A stretch of DNA of 64,000 nucleotides from Eledone cirrhosa (lineage: Eukaryota): contig CAXHJY010000973.1 of the NCBI GenBank assembly GCA_964016885.1, positions 248,001 to 312,000 on the forward strand. The letters are read 5' to 3'. The position numbers and the translations under genes are program-made. Positions 24,401 through 36,500 of this stretch are shown piece by piece. The stretch's first letter is position 1; every line of letters begins with the position of its first letter. The notes beneath the pieces were generated by a model that was not told the DNA's origin, did no database searches, and saw only the letters and a list, made by a program, of their open reading frames with translations.

Positions 24401-27400
24401 GTCTGGGGAGTCAGATGTGAGATGTGAGCTCCCAGAACTGTCTAGGGAGTCTGTGAGATGTGAGGGCCCAGAACTGTCTAGGGAATCAGATGTGAGATGT
24501 TAGGGCCCAGAACTGTTGAGGGAGTCAGATGTGAGATGTGAGGGCCCAGAACTGTCGAGGGAGTCAGATGTGAGATGTGAGGGCCCAGAACTGTCTAGGG
24601 AGTCAGGTGTGAGATGTCAGGGCCTAGAACTGTCTGGGGAGTCAGATGTGAGATGTGAGCTCCCAGAACTGTCTGGGGGGTTAGATGTGAGATGTGAGGG
24701 CCCAGAACTGTCTAGGGAGTCAGGTGTGAGATGTCAGGGCCTAGAACTGTCTGGGGAGTCAGATGTGAGATGTGAGCTCCCAGAACTGTCTGGGGAGTCA
24801 GATGTGAGATGTGAGCTCCCAGAACTGTTTGGGAAGTCAGATGTGAGATGTGAGCTCCTAGAACTGTCTAGGGAGTCAGATGTGAGATGTGAGCTCCCAG
24901 AACTGTCTGGGGAGTCAGATGTGAGATGAGGGCACAGAACTGTCTGGGGAGTCAGATGTGAGATGTGAGCTCCCAGAACTGTCTAGGGAGTCAGATGTGA
25001 GATGTGAGGGCCCAGAACTGTCCGGGAAGTCAGATTTGAGATGTGAGGGCCCAGAACTGTCTGGGAAGTCAGATGTGAGATGTGAGGGCCCAGAACTGTC
25101 TAGGGAGTCAGATGTGAGATGTGAGAGCCCAGAACTGTCTAGGGAGTCAGATGTGAGATGTTAGGGCCCAGAACTGTCTGGGGAGTCAGATGTGAGATGT
25201 GAGCTCCCAGAACTGTCTGGGGAGTCAGATGTGAGATGTGAGGGCCCAGAACTGTCTGGGGATTCAGATGTGAGATGTGAGGGCCCAGAACTGTCTGGGG
25301 AGTCAGATGTGAGATGTGAGGGCCCAGAACTATCTGGGGAGTCAGATGTGAGATGTGAGCTCCCAGAACTGTTTGGGGAGTCAGATGTGAGATGTGAGCT
25401 CCCAGAACTGTCTAGGGAGTCAGATGTGAGATGAGGGCCCAGAACTGTCTGGGGAGTCAGATGTGAGATGTGAGGGCCCAGAACTGTCTGGGAAGTCAGA
25501 TGTGAGATGTGAGGGCCCAGAACTGTCTAGGGAGTCAGATGTGAGATGTTAGGGCCCAGAACTGTCTGGGGAGTCTGATGTGAGATGTGAGGGCCCAGAA
25601 CTGTCTAGGGAGTCAGATGTGAGATGTGAGCTCCCAGAACTGTCTAGGGAGTCAGATGTGAGATGTGAGCTCCCAGAACTGTCTGGGGAGTCAGATGTGA
25701 GATGTGAGCTCCCAGAACTGTCTGGGAAGTCAGATGTGAGGGCGCAGAGCTGTCTGGGGAGTCAGATGTGAATGTGAGGGCCCAGAACTGTCTAGGGAGT
25801 TAGATGTGAGATGAGGGCCCAGAACTGTCTAGGGAGTCAGATGTGAGATGAGGGCACAGAACTGTCTAGGGAGTCAGATGTGAGATGTGAGGGCCCAGAA
25901 CTATCTGGGGAGTCAGATGTGAGATGTGAGGGCCCAGAACTGTCTGGGGAGTCAGATGTGAGATGTGAGGGCCCAGAACTGTCTGGGGAGTCAGATGTGA
26001 GATGTGAGCTCCCAGAACTGTCTAGGGAGTCAGATGTGAGATGTTAGGGCCCAGAACTGTCTAGGGAGTCACATGTGAGATGTGAGCTCCCAGAACTGTC
26101 TGGGGAGTCAGGTGTGAGCTCCCAGAACTGTCTAGGGAGTCAGATGTGAGATGTGAGGGCCCAGACCTGTCTGGGAAGTCAGATGTGAGATGCGAGGGCC
26201 CAGAACTGTCTAGGGAGTCAGATGTGAGATGTTAGGGCCCAGAACTGTCTGGGGAGTCAGATGTGAGATGTGAGCTCCCAGAACTGTCTAGGGAGTCAGA
26301 TGTGATATGTGAGGGCCCAGAACTGTCTAGGGAGTCAGATGTGAGATGTTAGGGCCCAGAACTGTCTAGAGAGTCAGATGTGAGATGTGAGCTCCCAGAA
26401 CTATCTGGGGAGTCAGATGTGAGATGTGAGGGCCCAGAACTATCTGGGGAGTCAGATGTGAGATGTGAGATCCCAGAACTGTTTGGGAAGTCAGATGTGA
26501 GATGTGAGCTCCCAGAACTGTCTAGGGAGTCAGATGTGAGATGAGGGCCCAGAACTGTCTGGGAAGTCAGATGTGAGATGTGAGGGCCCAGAACTGTCTA
26601 GGGAGTCAGATGTGAGATGTTAGGGCCCAGAACTGTCTGGGGAGTCAGATGTGAGATGTGAGCTCCCAGAACTGTCTAGGGAGTCTGTGAGATGTGAGGG
26701 CCCAGAACTGTCTAGGGAATCAGATGTGAGATGTTAGGGCCCAGAACTGTCGAGGGAGTCAGATGTGAGATGTGAGGGCCCAGAACTGTCGAGGGAGTCA
26801 GATGTGAGATGTGAGGGCCCAGAACTGTCTAGGGAGTCAGGTGTGAGATGTCAGGGCCTAGAACTGTCTGGGGAGTCAGATGTGAGATGTGAGCTCCCAG
26901 AACTGTCTAGGGGGTTAGATGTGAGATGTGAGGGCCCAGAACTGTCTAGGGAGTCAGGTGTGAGATGTCAGGGCCTAGAACTGTCTGGGGAGTCAGATGT
27001 GAGATGTGAGCTCCCAGAACTGTCTGGGGAGTCAGATGTGAGATGTGAGCTCCCAGAACTGTTTGGGAAGTCAGATGTGAGATGTGAGCTCCCAGAACTG
27101 TCTAGGGAGTCAGATGTGAGATGTGAGCTCCCAGAACTGTCTGGGGAGTCAGATGTGAGATGAGGGCACAGAACTGTCTGGGAGTCAGATGTGAGATGTG
27201 AGCTCCCAGAACTGTCTAGGGAGTCAGATGTGAGATGTGAGGGCCCAGAACTGTCCGGGAAGTCAGATTTGAGATGTGAGGGCCCAGAACTGTCCGGGAA
27301 GTCAGATGTGAGATGTGAGGGCCCAGAACTGTCTAGGGAGTCAGATGTGAGATGTGAGAGCCCAGAACTGTCTAGGGAGTCAGATGTGAGATGTTAGGGC

Positions 27401-30400
27401 CCAGAACTGTCTGGGGAGTCAGATGTGAGATGTGAGCTCCCAGAACTGTCTGGGGAGTCAGATGTGAGATGTGAGCTCCCAGAACTGTTTGGGGAGTCAG
27501 ATGTGAGATGTGAGCTCGCAGAACTATCTGGGGAGTCAGATGTGAGATGTGAGGGCCCAGAACTGTCTGGGGAGTCAGATGTGAGATGTGAGCTCCCAGA
27601 ACTATCTGGGGAGTCAGATGTGAGATGTGAGCTCCCAGAACTGTTTGGGGAGTCAGATGTGAGATGTGAGCTCCCAGAACTGTCTAGGGAGTCAGATGTG
27701 AGATGAGCGCCCAGAACTGTCTGGGGAGTCAGATGTGAGATGTGAGGGCCCAGAACTATCTGGGGAGTCAGATGTGAGATGTGAGGGCCCAGAACTGTCT
27801 GGGGAGTCAGATGTGAGATGTGAGCTCCCAGAACTGTCTAGGGAGTCAGATGTGAGATGTTAGGGCCCAGAACTGTCTAGGGAGTCACATGTGAGATGTG
27901 AGCTCCCAGAACTGTCTGGGGAGTCAGGTGTGAGCTCCCAGAACTGTCTAGGGAGTCAGATGTGAGATGTGAGGGCCCAGACCTGTCTGGGAAGTCAGAT
28001 GTGAGATGCGAGGGCCCAGAATTGTCTAGGGAGTCAGATGTGAGATGTTAGGGCCCAGAACTGTCTGGGGAGTCAGATGTGAGATGTGAGCTCCCAGAAC
28101 TGTCTAGGGAGTCAGATGTGATATATGAGGGCCCAGAACTGTCTAGGGAGTCAGATGTGAGATGTTAGGGCCCAGAACTGTCTAGAGAGTCAGATGTGAG
28201 ATGTGAGCTCCCAGAACTATCTGGGGAGTCAGATGTGAGATGTGAGGGCCCAGAACTATCTGGGGAGTCAGATGTGAGATGTGAGATCCCAGAACTGTCT
28301 GGGAAGTCAGATGTGAGATGTGAGGGCCCAGAACTGTCTAGGGAGTCAGATGTGAGATGTTAGAGCCCAGAACTGTCTGGGGAGTCAGATGTGAGATGTG
28401 AGCTCCCAGAACTGTCTAGGGAGTCTGTGAGATGTGAGGGCCCAGAACTGTCTAGGGAATCAGATGTGAGATGTGAGGGCCCAGAACTGTCGAGGGAGTC
28501 AGATGTGAGATGTGAGGGCCCAGAACTGTCTAGGGAGTCAGGTGTGAGATGTCAGGGCCTAGAACTGTCTGGGGAGTCAGATGTGAGATGTGAGCTCCCA
28601 GAACTGTCTAGGGGGTTAGATGTGAGATGTGAGGGCCCAGAACTGTCTAGGGAGTCAGGTGTGAGATGTGAGGGCCTAGAACTGTCTGGGGAGTCAGATG
28701 TGAGATGTGAGCTCCCAGAACTGTCTGGGGAGTCAGATGTGAGATGTGAGCTCCCAGAACTGTTTGGGAAGTCAGATGTGAGATGTGAGCTCCCAGAACT
28801 GTCTAGGGAGTCAGATGTGAGATGTGAGCTCCCAGAACTGTCTGGGGAGTCAGATGTGAGATGAGGGCACAGAACAGTCTGGGGAGTCAGATGTGAGATG
28901 TGAGCTCCTAGAACTGTCTAGGGAGTCAGATGTGAGATGTGAGGGCCCAGAACTGTCCGGGAAGTCAGATTTGAGATGTGAGGGCCCAGAACTGTCTGGG
29001 AAGACAGATGTGAGATGTGAGGGCCCAGAACTGTCTAGGGAGTCAGATGTGAGATGTGAGAGCCCAGAACTGTCGAGGGAGTCAGATGTGAGATGTGAGG
29101 GCCCAGAACTGTCTAGGGAGTCAGGTGTGAGATGTCAGGGCCTAGAACTGTCTGGGGAGTCAGATGTGAGATGTGAGCTCCCAGAACTGTCTAGGGGGTT
29201 AGATGTGAGATGTGAGGGCCCAGAACTGTCTAGGGAGTCAGGTGTGAGATGTGAGGGCCTAGAACTGTCTGGGGAGTCAGATGTGAGATGTGAGCTCCCA
29301 GAACTGTCTGGGGAGTCAGATGTGAGATGTGAGCTCCCAGAACTGTTTGGGAAGTCAGATGTGAGATGTGAGCTCCCAGAACTGTCTAGGGAGTCAGATG
29401 TGAGATGTGAGCTCCCAGAACTGTCTGGGGAGTCAGATGTGAGATGAGGGCACAGAACTGTCTGGGGAGTCAGATGTGAGATGTGAGCTCCCAGAACTGT
29501 TTGGGAAGTCAGATGTGAGATGTGAGCTCCCAGAACTGTCTAGGGAGTCAGATGTGAGATGTGAGCTCCCAGAACTGTCTAGGGAGTCAGATGTGAGATG
29601 TGAGCTCCCAGAACTGTCTAGGGAGTCAGATGTGAGATGTGAGGGCCCAGAACTGTCCGGGAAGTCAGATTTGAGATGTGAGGGCCCAGAACTGTCTGGG
29701 AAGACAGATGTGAGATGTGAGGGCCCAGAACTGTCTAGGGAGTCAGATGTGAGATGTGAGAGCCCAGAACTGTCTAGGGAGTCAGATGTGAGATGTTAGG
29801 GCCCAGAACTGTCTGGGGAGTCAGATGTGAGATGTGAGCTCCCAGAACTGTCTGGGGAGTCAGATGTGAGATGTGAGGGCCCAGAACTGTCTGGGGAGTC
29901 AGATGTGAGATGTGAGGGCCCAGAACTGTCTGGGGAGTCAGATGTGAGATGTGAGGGCCCAGAACTATCTGGGGAGTCAGATGTGAGATGTGAGCTCCCA
30001 GAACTGTTTGGGGAGTCAGATGTGAGATGTGAGCTCCCAGAACTGTCTAGGGAGTCAGATGTGAGATGAGGGCCCAGAACTGTCTGGGGAGTCAGATGTG
30101 AGATGTGAGGGCCCAGAACTGTCTGGGAAGTCAGATGTGAGATGTGAGGGCCCAGAACTGTCTAGGGAGTCAGATGTGAGATGTTAGGGCCCAGAACTGT
30201 CTGGGGAGTCTGATGTGAGATGTGAGGGCCCAGAACTGTCTAGGGAGTCAGATGTGAGATGTGAGCTCCCAGAACTGTCTAGGGAGTCAGATGTGAGATG
30301 TGAGCTCCCAGAACCGTCTGGGGAGTCAGATGTGAGATGTGAGCTCCCAGAACTGTCTGGGAAGTCAGATGTGAGGGCGCAGAACTGTCTGGGGAGTCAG

Positions 30401-30528
30401 ATGTGAATGTGAGGGCCCAGAACTGTCTAGGGAGTTAGATGTGAGATGAGGGCCCAGAACTGTCTAGGGAGTCAGATGTGAGATGAGGGCACAGAACAGT
30501 CTAGGGAGTCAGATGTGACATGTGAGGG

Positions 30529-33500
30529 CCCAGAACTATCTGGGGAGTCAGATGTGAGATGTGAGGGCCCAGAACTGTCTGGGGAGTCAGATGTGAGATG
30601 TGAGCTCCCAGAACTGTCTAGGGAGTCAGATGTGAGATGTTAGGGCCCAGAACTGTCTAGGGAGTCACATGTGAGATGTGAGCTCCCAGAACTGTCTGGG
30701 GAGTCAGGTGTGAGCTCCCAGAACTGTCTAGGGAGTCAGATGTGAGATGTGAGGGCCCAGACCTGTCTGGGAAGTCAGATGTGAGATGCGAGGGCCCAGA
30801 ACTGTCTAGGGAGTCAGATGTGAGATGTTAGGGCCCAGAACTGTCTGGGGAGTCAGATGTGAGATGTGAGCTCCCAGAACTGTCTAGGGAGTCAGATGTG
30901 ATATGTGAGGGCCCAGAACTGTCTAGGGAGTCAGATGTGAGATGTTAGGGCCCAGAACTGTCTAGAGAGTCAGATGTGAGATGTGAGCTCCCAGAACTAT
31001 CTGGGGAGTCAGATGTGAGATGTGAGGGCCCAGAACTATCTGGGGAGTCAGATGTGAGATGTGAGATCCCAGAACTGTTTGGGAAGTCAGATGTGAGATG
31101 TGAGCTCCCAGAACTGTCTAGGGAGTCAGATGTGAGATGAGGGCCCAGAACTGTCTGGGAAGTCAGATGTGAGATGTGAGGGCCCAGAACTGTCTAGGGA
31201 GTCAGATGTGAGATGTTAGAGCCCAGAACTGTCTGGGGAGTCAGATGTGAGATGTGAGCTCCCAGAACTGTCTAGGGAGTCTGTGAGATGTGAGGGCCCA
31301 GAACTGTCTAGGGAATCAGATGTGAGATGTTAGGGCCCAGAACTGTCGAGGGAGTCAGATGTGAGGGCCCAGAACTGTCGAGGGAGTCAGATGTGAGATG
31401 TGAGGGCCCAGAACTGTCTAGGGAGTCAGGTGTGAGATGTCAGGGCCTAGAACTGTCTGGGGAGTCAGATGTGAGATGTGAGCTCCCAGAACTGTCTAGG
31501 GGGTTAGATGTGAGATGTGAGGGCCCAGAACTGTCTAGGGAGTCAGGTGTGAGATGTCAGGGCCTAGAACTGTCTGGGGAGTCAGATGTGAGATGTGAGC
31601 TCCCAGAACTGTCTGGGGAGTCAGATGTGAGATGTGAGCTCCCAGAACTGTTTGGGAAGTCAGATGTGAGATGTGAGCTCCCAGAACTGTCTAGGGAGTC
31701 AGATGTGAGATGTGAGCTCCCAGAACTGTCTGGGGAGTCAGATGTGAGATGAGGGCACAGAACTGTCTGGGGAGTCAGATGTGAGATGTGAGCTCCCAGA
31801 ACTGTCTAGGGAGTCAGATGTGAGATGTGAGGGCCCAGAACTGTCCGGGAAGTCAGATTTGAGATGTGAGGGCCCAGAACTGTCTGGGAAGTCAGATGTG
31901 AGATGTGAGGGCCCAGAACTGTCTAGGGAGTCAGATGTGAGATGTGAGAGCCCAGAACTGTCTAGGGAGTCAGATGTGAGATGTTAGGGCCCAGAACTGT
32001 CTGGGGAGTCAGATGTGAGATGTGAGCTCCCAGAACTGTCTAGGGAGTCAGATGTGAGATGAGGGCCCAGAACTGTCTGGGGAGTCAGATGTGAGATGTG
32101 AGGGCCCAGAACTGTCTGGGAAGTCAGATGTGAGATGTGAGGGCCCAGAACTGTCTAGGGAGTCAGATGTGAGATGTTAGGGCCCAGAACTGTCTGGGGA
32201 GTCTGATGTGAGATGTGAGGGCCCAGAACTGTCTAGGGAGTCAGATGTGAGATGTTAGGGCCCAGAACTGTCTGGGGAGTCAGATGTGAGATGTGAGCTC
32301 CCAGAACTGTCTAGGGAGTCTGTGAGATGTGAGGGCCCAGAACTGTCTAGGGAATCAGATGTGAGATGTTAGGGCCCAGAACTGTCGAGGGAGTCAGATG
32401 TGAGATGTGAGGGCCCAGAACTGTCGAGGGAGTCAGATGTGAGATGTGAGGGCCCAGAACTGTCTAGGGAGTCAGGTGTGAGATGTCAGGGCCTAGAACT
32501 GTCTGGGGAGTCAGATGTGAGATGTGAGCTCCCAGAACTGTCTAGGGGGTTAGATGTGAGATGTGAGGGCCCAGAACTGTCTAGGGAGTCAGGTGTGAGA
32601 TGTCAGGGCCTAGAACTGTCTGGGGAGTCAGATGTGAGATGTGAGCTCCCAGAACTGTCTGGGGAGTCAGATGTGAGATGTGAGCTCCCAGAACTGTTTG
32701 GGAAGTCAGATGTGAGATGTGAGCTCTCAGAACTGTCTAGGGAGTCAGATGTGAGATGTGAGCTCCCAGAACTGTCTGGGGAGTCAGATGTGAGATGAGG
32801 GCACAGAACTGTCTGGGAGTCAGATGTGAGATGTGAGCTCCCAGAACTGTCTAGGGAGTCAGATGTGAGATGTGAGGGCCCAGAACTGTCCGGGAAGTCA
32901 GATTTGAGATGTGAGGGCCCAGAACTGTCCGGGAAGTCAGATGTGAGATGTGAGGGCCCAGAACTGTCTAGGGAGTCAGATGTGAGATGTGAGAGCCCAG
33001 AACTGTCTAGGGAGTCAGATGTGAGATGTTAGGGCCCAGAACTGTCTGGGGAGTCAGATGTGAGATGTGAGCTCCCAGAACTGTCTGGGGAGTCAGATGT
33101 GAGATGTGAGGGCCCAGAACTGTCTGGGGAGTCAGATGTGAGATGTGAGCTCGCAGAACTATCTGGGGAGTCAGATGTGAGATGTGAGCTCCCAGAACTG
33201 TTTGGGGAGTCAGATGTGAGATGTGAGCTCGCAGAACTATCTGGGGAGTCAGATGTGAGATGTGAGGGCCCAGAACTGTCTGGGGAGTCAGATGTGAGAT
33301 GTGAGCTCCCAGAACTATCTGGGGAGTCAGATGTGAGATGTGAGCTCCCAGAACTGTTTGGGGAGTCAGATGTGAGATGTGAGCTCCCAGAACTGTCTAG
33401 GGAGTCAGATGTGAGATGAGGGCCCAGAACTGTCTGGGGAGTCAGATGTGAGATGTGAGGGCCCAGAACTATCTGGGGAGTCAGATGTGAGATGTGAGGG

Positions 33501-36500
33501 CCCAGAACTGTCTGGGGAGTCAGATGTGAGATGTGAGCTCCCAGAACTGTCTAGGGAGTCAGATGTGAGATGTGAGCTCCCAGAACTGTCTAGGGAGTCA
33601 GATGTGATATATGAGGGCCCAGAACTGTCTAGGGAGTCAGATGTGAGATGTTAGGGCCCAGAACTGTCTAGAGAGTCAGATGTGAGATGTGAGCTCCCAG
33701 AACTGTCTGGGGAGTCAGGTGTGAGCTCCCAGAACTGTCTAGGGAGTCAGATGTGAGATGTGAGGGCCCAGACCTGTCTGGGAAGTCAGATGTGAGATGC
33801 GAGGGCCCAGAACTGTCTAGGGAGTCAGATGTGAGATGTTAGGGCCCAGAACTGTCTGGGGAGTCAGATGTGAGATGTGAGCTCCCAGAACTGTCTAGGG
33901 AGTCAGATGTGATATATGAGGGCCCAGAACTGTCTAGGGAGTCAGATGTGAGATGTTAGGGCCCAGAACTGTCTAGAGAGTCAGATGTGAGATGTGAGCT
34001 CCCAGAACTATCTGGGGAGTCAGATGTGAGATGTGAGGGCCCAGAACTATCTGGGGAGTCAGATGTGAGATGTGAGATCCCAGAACTGTCTGGGAAGTCA
34101 GATGTGAGATGTGAGGGCCCAGAACTGTCTAGGGAGTCAGATGTGAGATGTTAGAGCCCAGAACTGTCTGGGGAGTCAGATGTGAGATGTGAGCTCCCAG
34201 AACTGTCTAGGGAGTCTGTGAGATGTGAGGGCCCAGAACTGTCTAGGGAATCAGATGTGAGATGTGAGGGCCCAGAACTGTCGAGGGAGTCAGATGTGAG
34301 ATGTGAGGGCCCAGAACTGTCTAGGGAGTCAGGTGTGAGATGTCAGGGCCTAGAACTGTCTGGGGAGTCAGATGTGAGATGTGAGCTCCCAGAACTGTCT
34401 AGGGGGTTAGATGTGAGATGTGAGGGCCCAGAACTGTCTAGGGAGTCAGGTGTGAGATGTGAGGGCCTAGAACTGTCTGGGGAGTCAGATGTGAGATGTG
34501 AGCTCCCAGAACTGTCTGGGGAGTCAGATGTGAGATGTGAGCTCCCAGAACTGTTTGGGAAGTCAGATGTGAGATGTGAGCTCCCAGAACTGTCTAGGGA
34601 GTCAGATGTGAGATGTGAGCTCCCAGAACTGTCTAGGGAGTCAGATGTGAGATGAGGGCACAGAACAGTCTAGGGAGTCAGATGTGAGATGTGAGCTCCC
34701 AGAACTGTCTAGGGAGTCAGATGTGAGATGAGGGCACAGAACAGTCTAGGGAGTCAGATGTGACATGTGAGGGCCCAGAACTATCTGGGGAGTCAGATGT
34801 GAGATGTGAGGGCCCAGAACTGTCTGGGGAGTCAGATGTGAGATGTGAGCTCCCAGAACTGTCTAGGGAGTCAGATGTGAGATGTTAGGGCCCAGAACTG
34901 TCTAGGGAGTCACATGTGAGATGTGAGCTCCCAGAACTGTCTGGGGAGTCAGGTGTGAGCTCCCAGAACTGTCTAGGGAGTCAGATGTGAGATGTGAGGG
35001 CCCAGACCTGTCTGGGAAGTCAGATGTGAGATGCGAGGGCCCAGAACTGTCTAGGGAGTCAGATGTGAGATGTTAGGGCCCAGAACTGTCTGGGGAGTCA
35101 GATGTGAGATGTGAGCTCCCAGAACTGTCTAGGGAGTCAGATGTGATATGTGAGGGCCCAGAACTGTCTAGGGAGTCAGATGTGAGATGTTAGGGCCCAG
35201 AACTGTCTAGAGAGTCAGATGTGAGATGTGAGCTCCCAGAACTATCTGGGGAGTCAGATGTGAGATGTGAGGGCCCAGAACTATCTGGGGAGTCAGATGT
35301 GAGATGTGAGATCCCAGAACTGTTTGGGAAGTCAGATGTGAGATGTGAGCTCCCAGAACTGTCTAGGGAGTCAGATGTGAGATGAGGGCCCAGAACTGTC
35401 TGGGAAGTCAGATGTGAGATGTGAGGGCCCAGAACTGTCTAGGGAGTCAGATGTGAGATGTTAGAGCCCAGAACTGTCTGGGGAGTCAGATGTGAGATGT
35501 GAGCTCCCAGAACTGTCTAGGGAGTCTGTGAGATGTGAGGGCCCAGAACTGTCTAGGGAATCAGATGTGAGATGTTAGGGCCCAGAACTGTCGAGGGAGT
35601 CAGATGTGAGATGTGAGGGCCCAGAACTGTCGAGGGAGTCAGATGTGAGATGTGAGGGCCCAGAACTGTCTAGGGAGTCAGGTGTGAGATGTCAGGGCCT
35701 AGAACTGTCTGGGGAGTCAGATGTGAGATGTGAGCTCCCAGAACTGTCTAGGGGGTTAGATGTGAGATGTGAGGGCCCAGAACTGTCTAGGGAGTCAGGT
35801 GTGAGATGTCAGGGCCTAGAACTGTCTGGGGAGTCAGATGTGAGATGTGAGCTCCCAGAACTGTCTGGGGAGTCAGATGTGAGATGTGAGCTCCCAGAAC
35901 TGTTTGGGAAGTCAGATGTGAGATGTGAGCTCCCAGAACTGTCTAGGGAGTCAGATGTGAGATGTGAGGGCCCAGAACTGTCTGGGAAGTCAGATGTGAG
36001 ATGTGAGCTCCCAGAACTGTCTAGGGAGTCAGATGTGAGATGAGGGCACAGAACAGTCTAGGGAGTCAGATGTGAGATGTGAGCTCCCAGAACTGTCTAG
36101 GGAGTCAGATGTGAGATGAGGGCACAGAACAGTCTAGGGAGTCAGATGTGACATGTGAGGGCCCAGAACTATCTGGGGAGTCAGATGTGAGATGTGAGGG
36201 CCCAGAACTGTCTGGGGAGTCAGATGTGAGATGTGAGCTCCCAGAACTGTCTAGGGAGTCAGATGTGAGATGTTAGGGCCCAGAACTGTCTAGGGAGTCA
36301 CATGTGAGATGTGAGCTCCCAGAACTGTCTGGGGAGTCAGGTGTGAGCTCCCAGAACTGTCTAGGGAGTCAGATGTGAGATGTGAGGGCCCAGACCTGTC
36401 TGGGAAGTCAGATGTGAGATGCGAGGGCCCAGAACTGTCTAGGGAGTCAGATGTGAGATGTTAGGGCCCAGAACTGTCTGGGGAGTCAGATGTGAGATGT

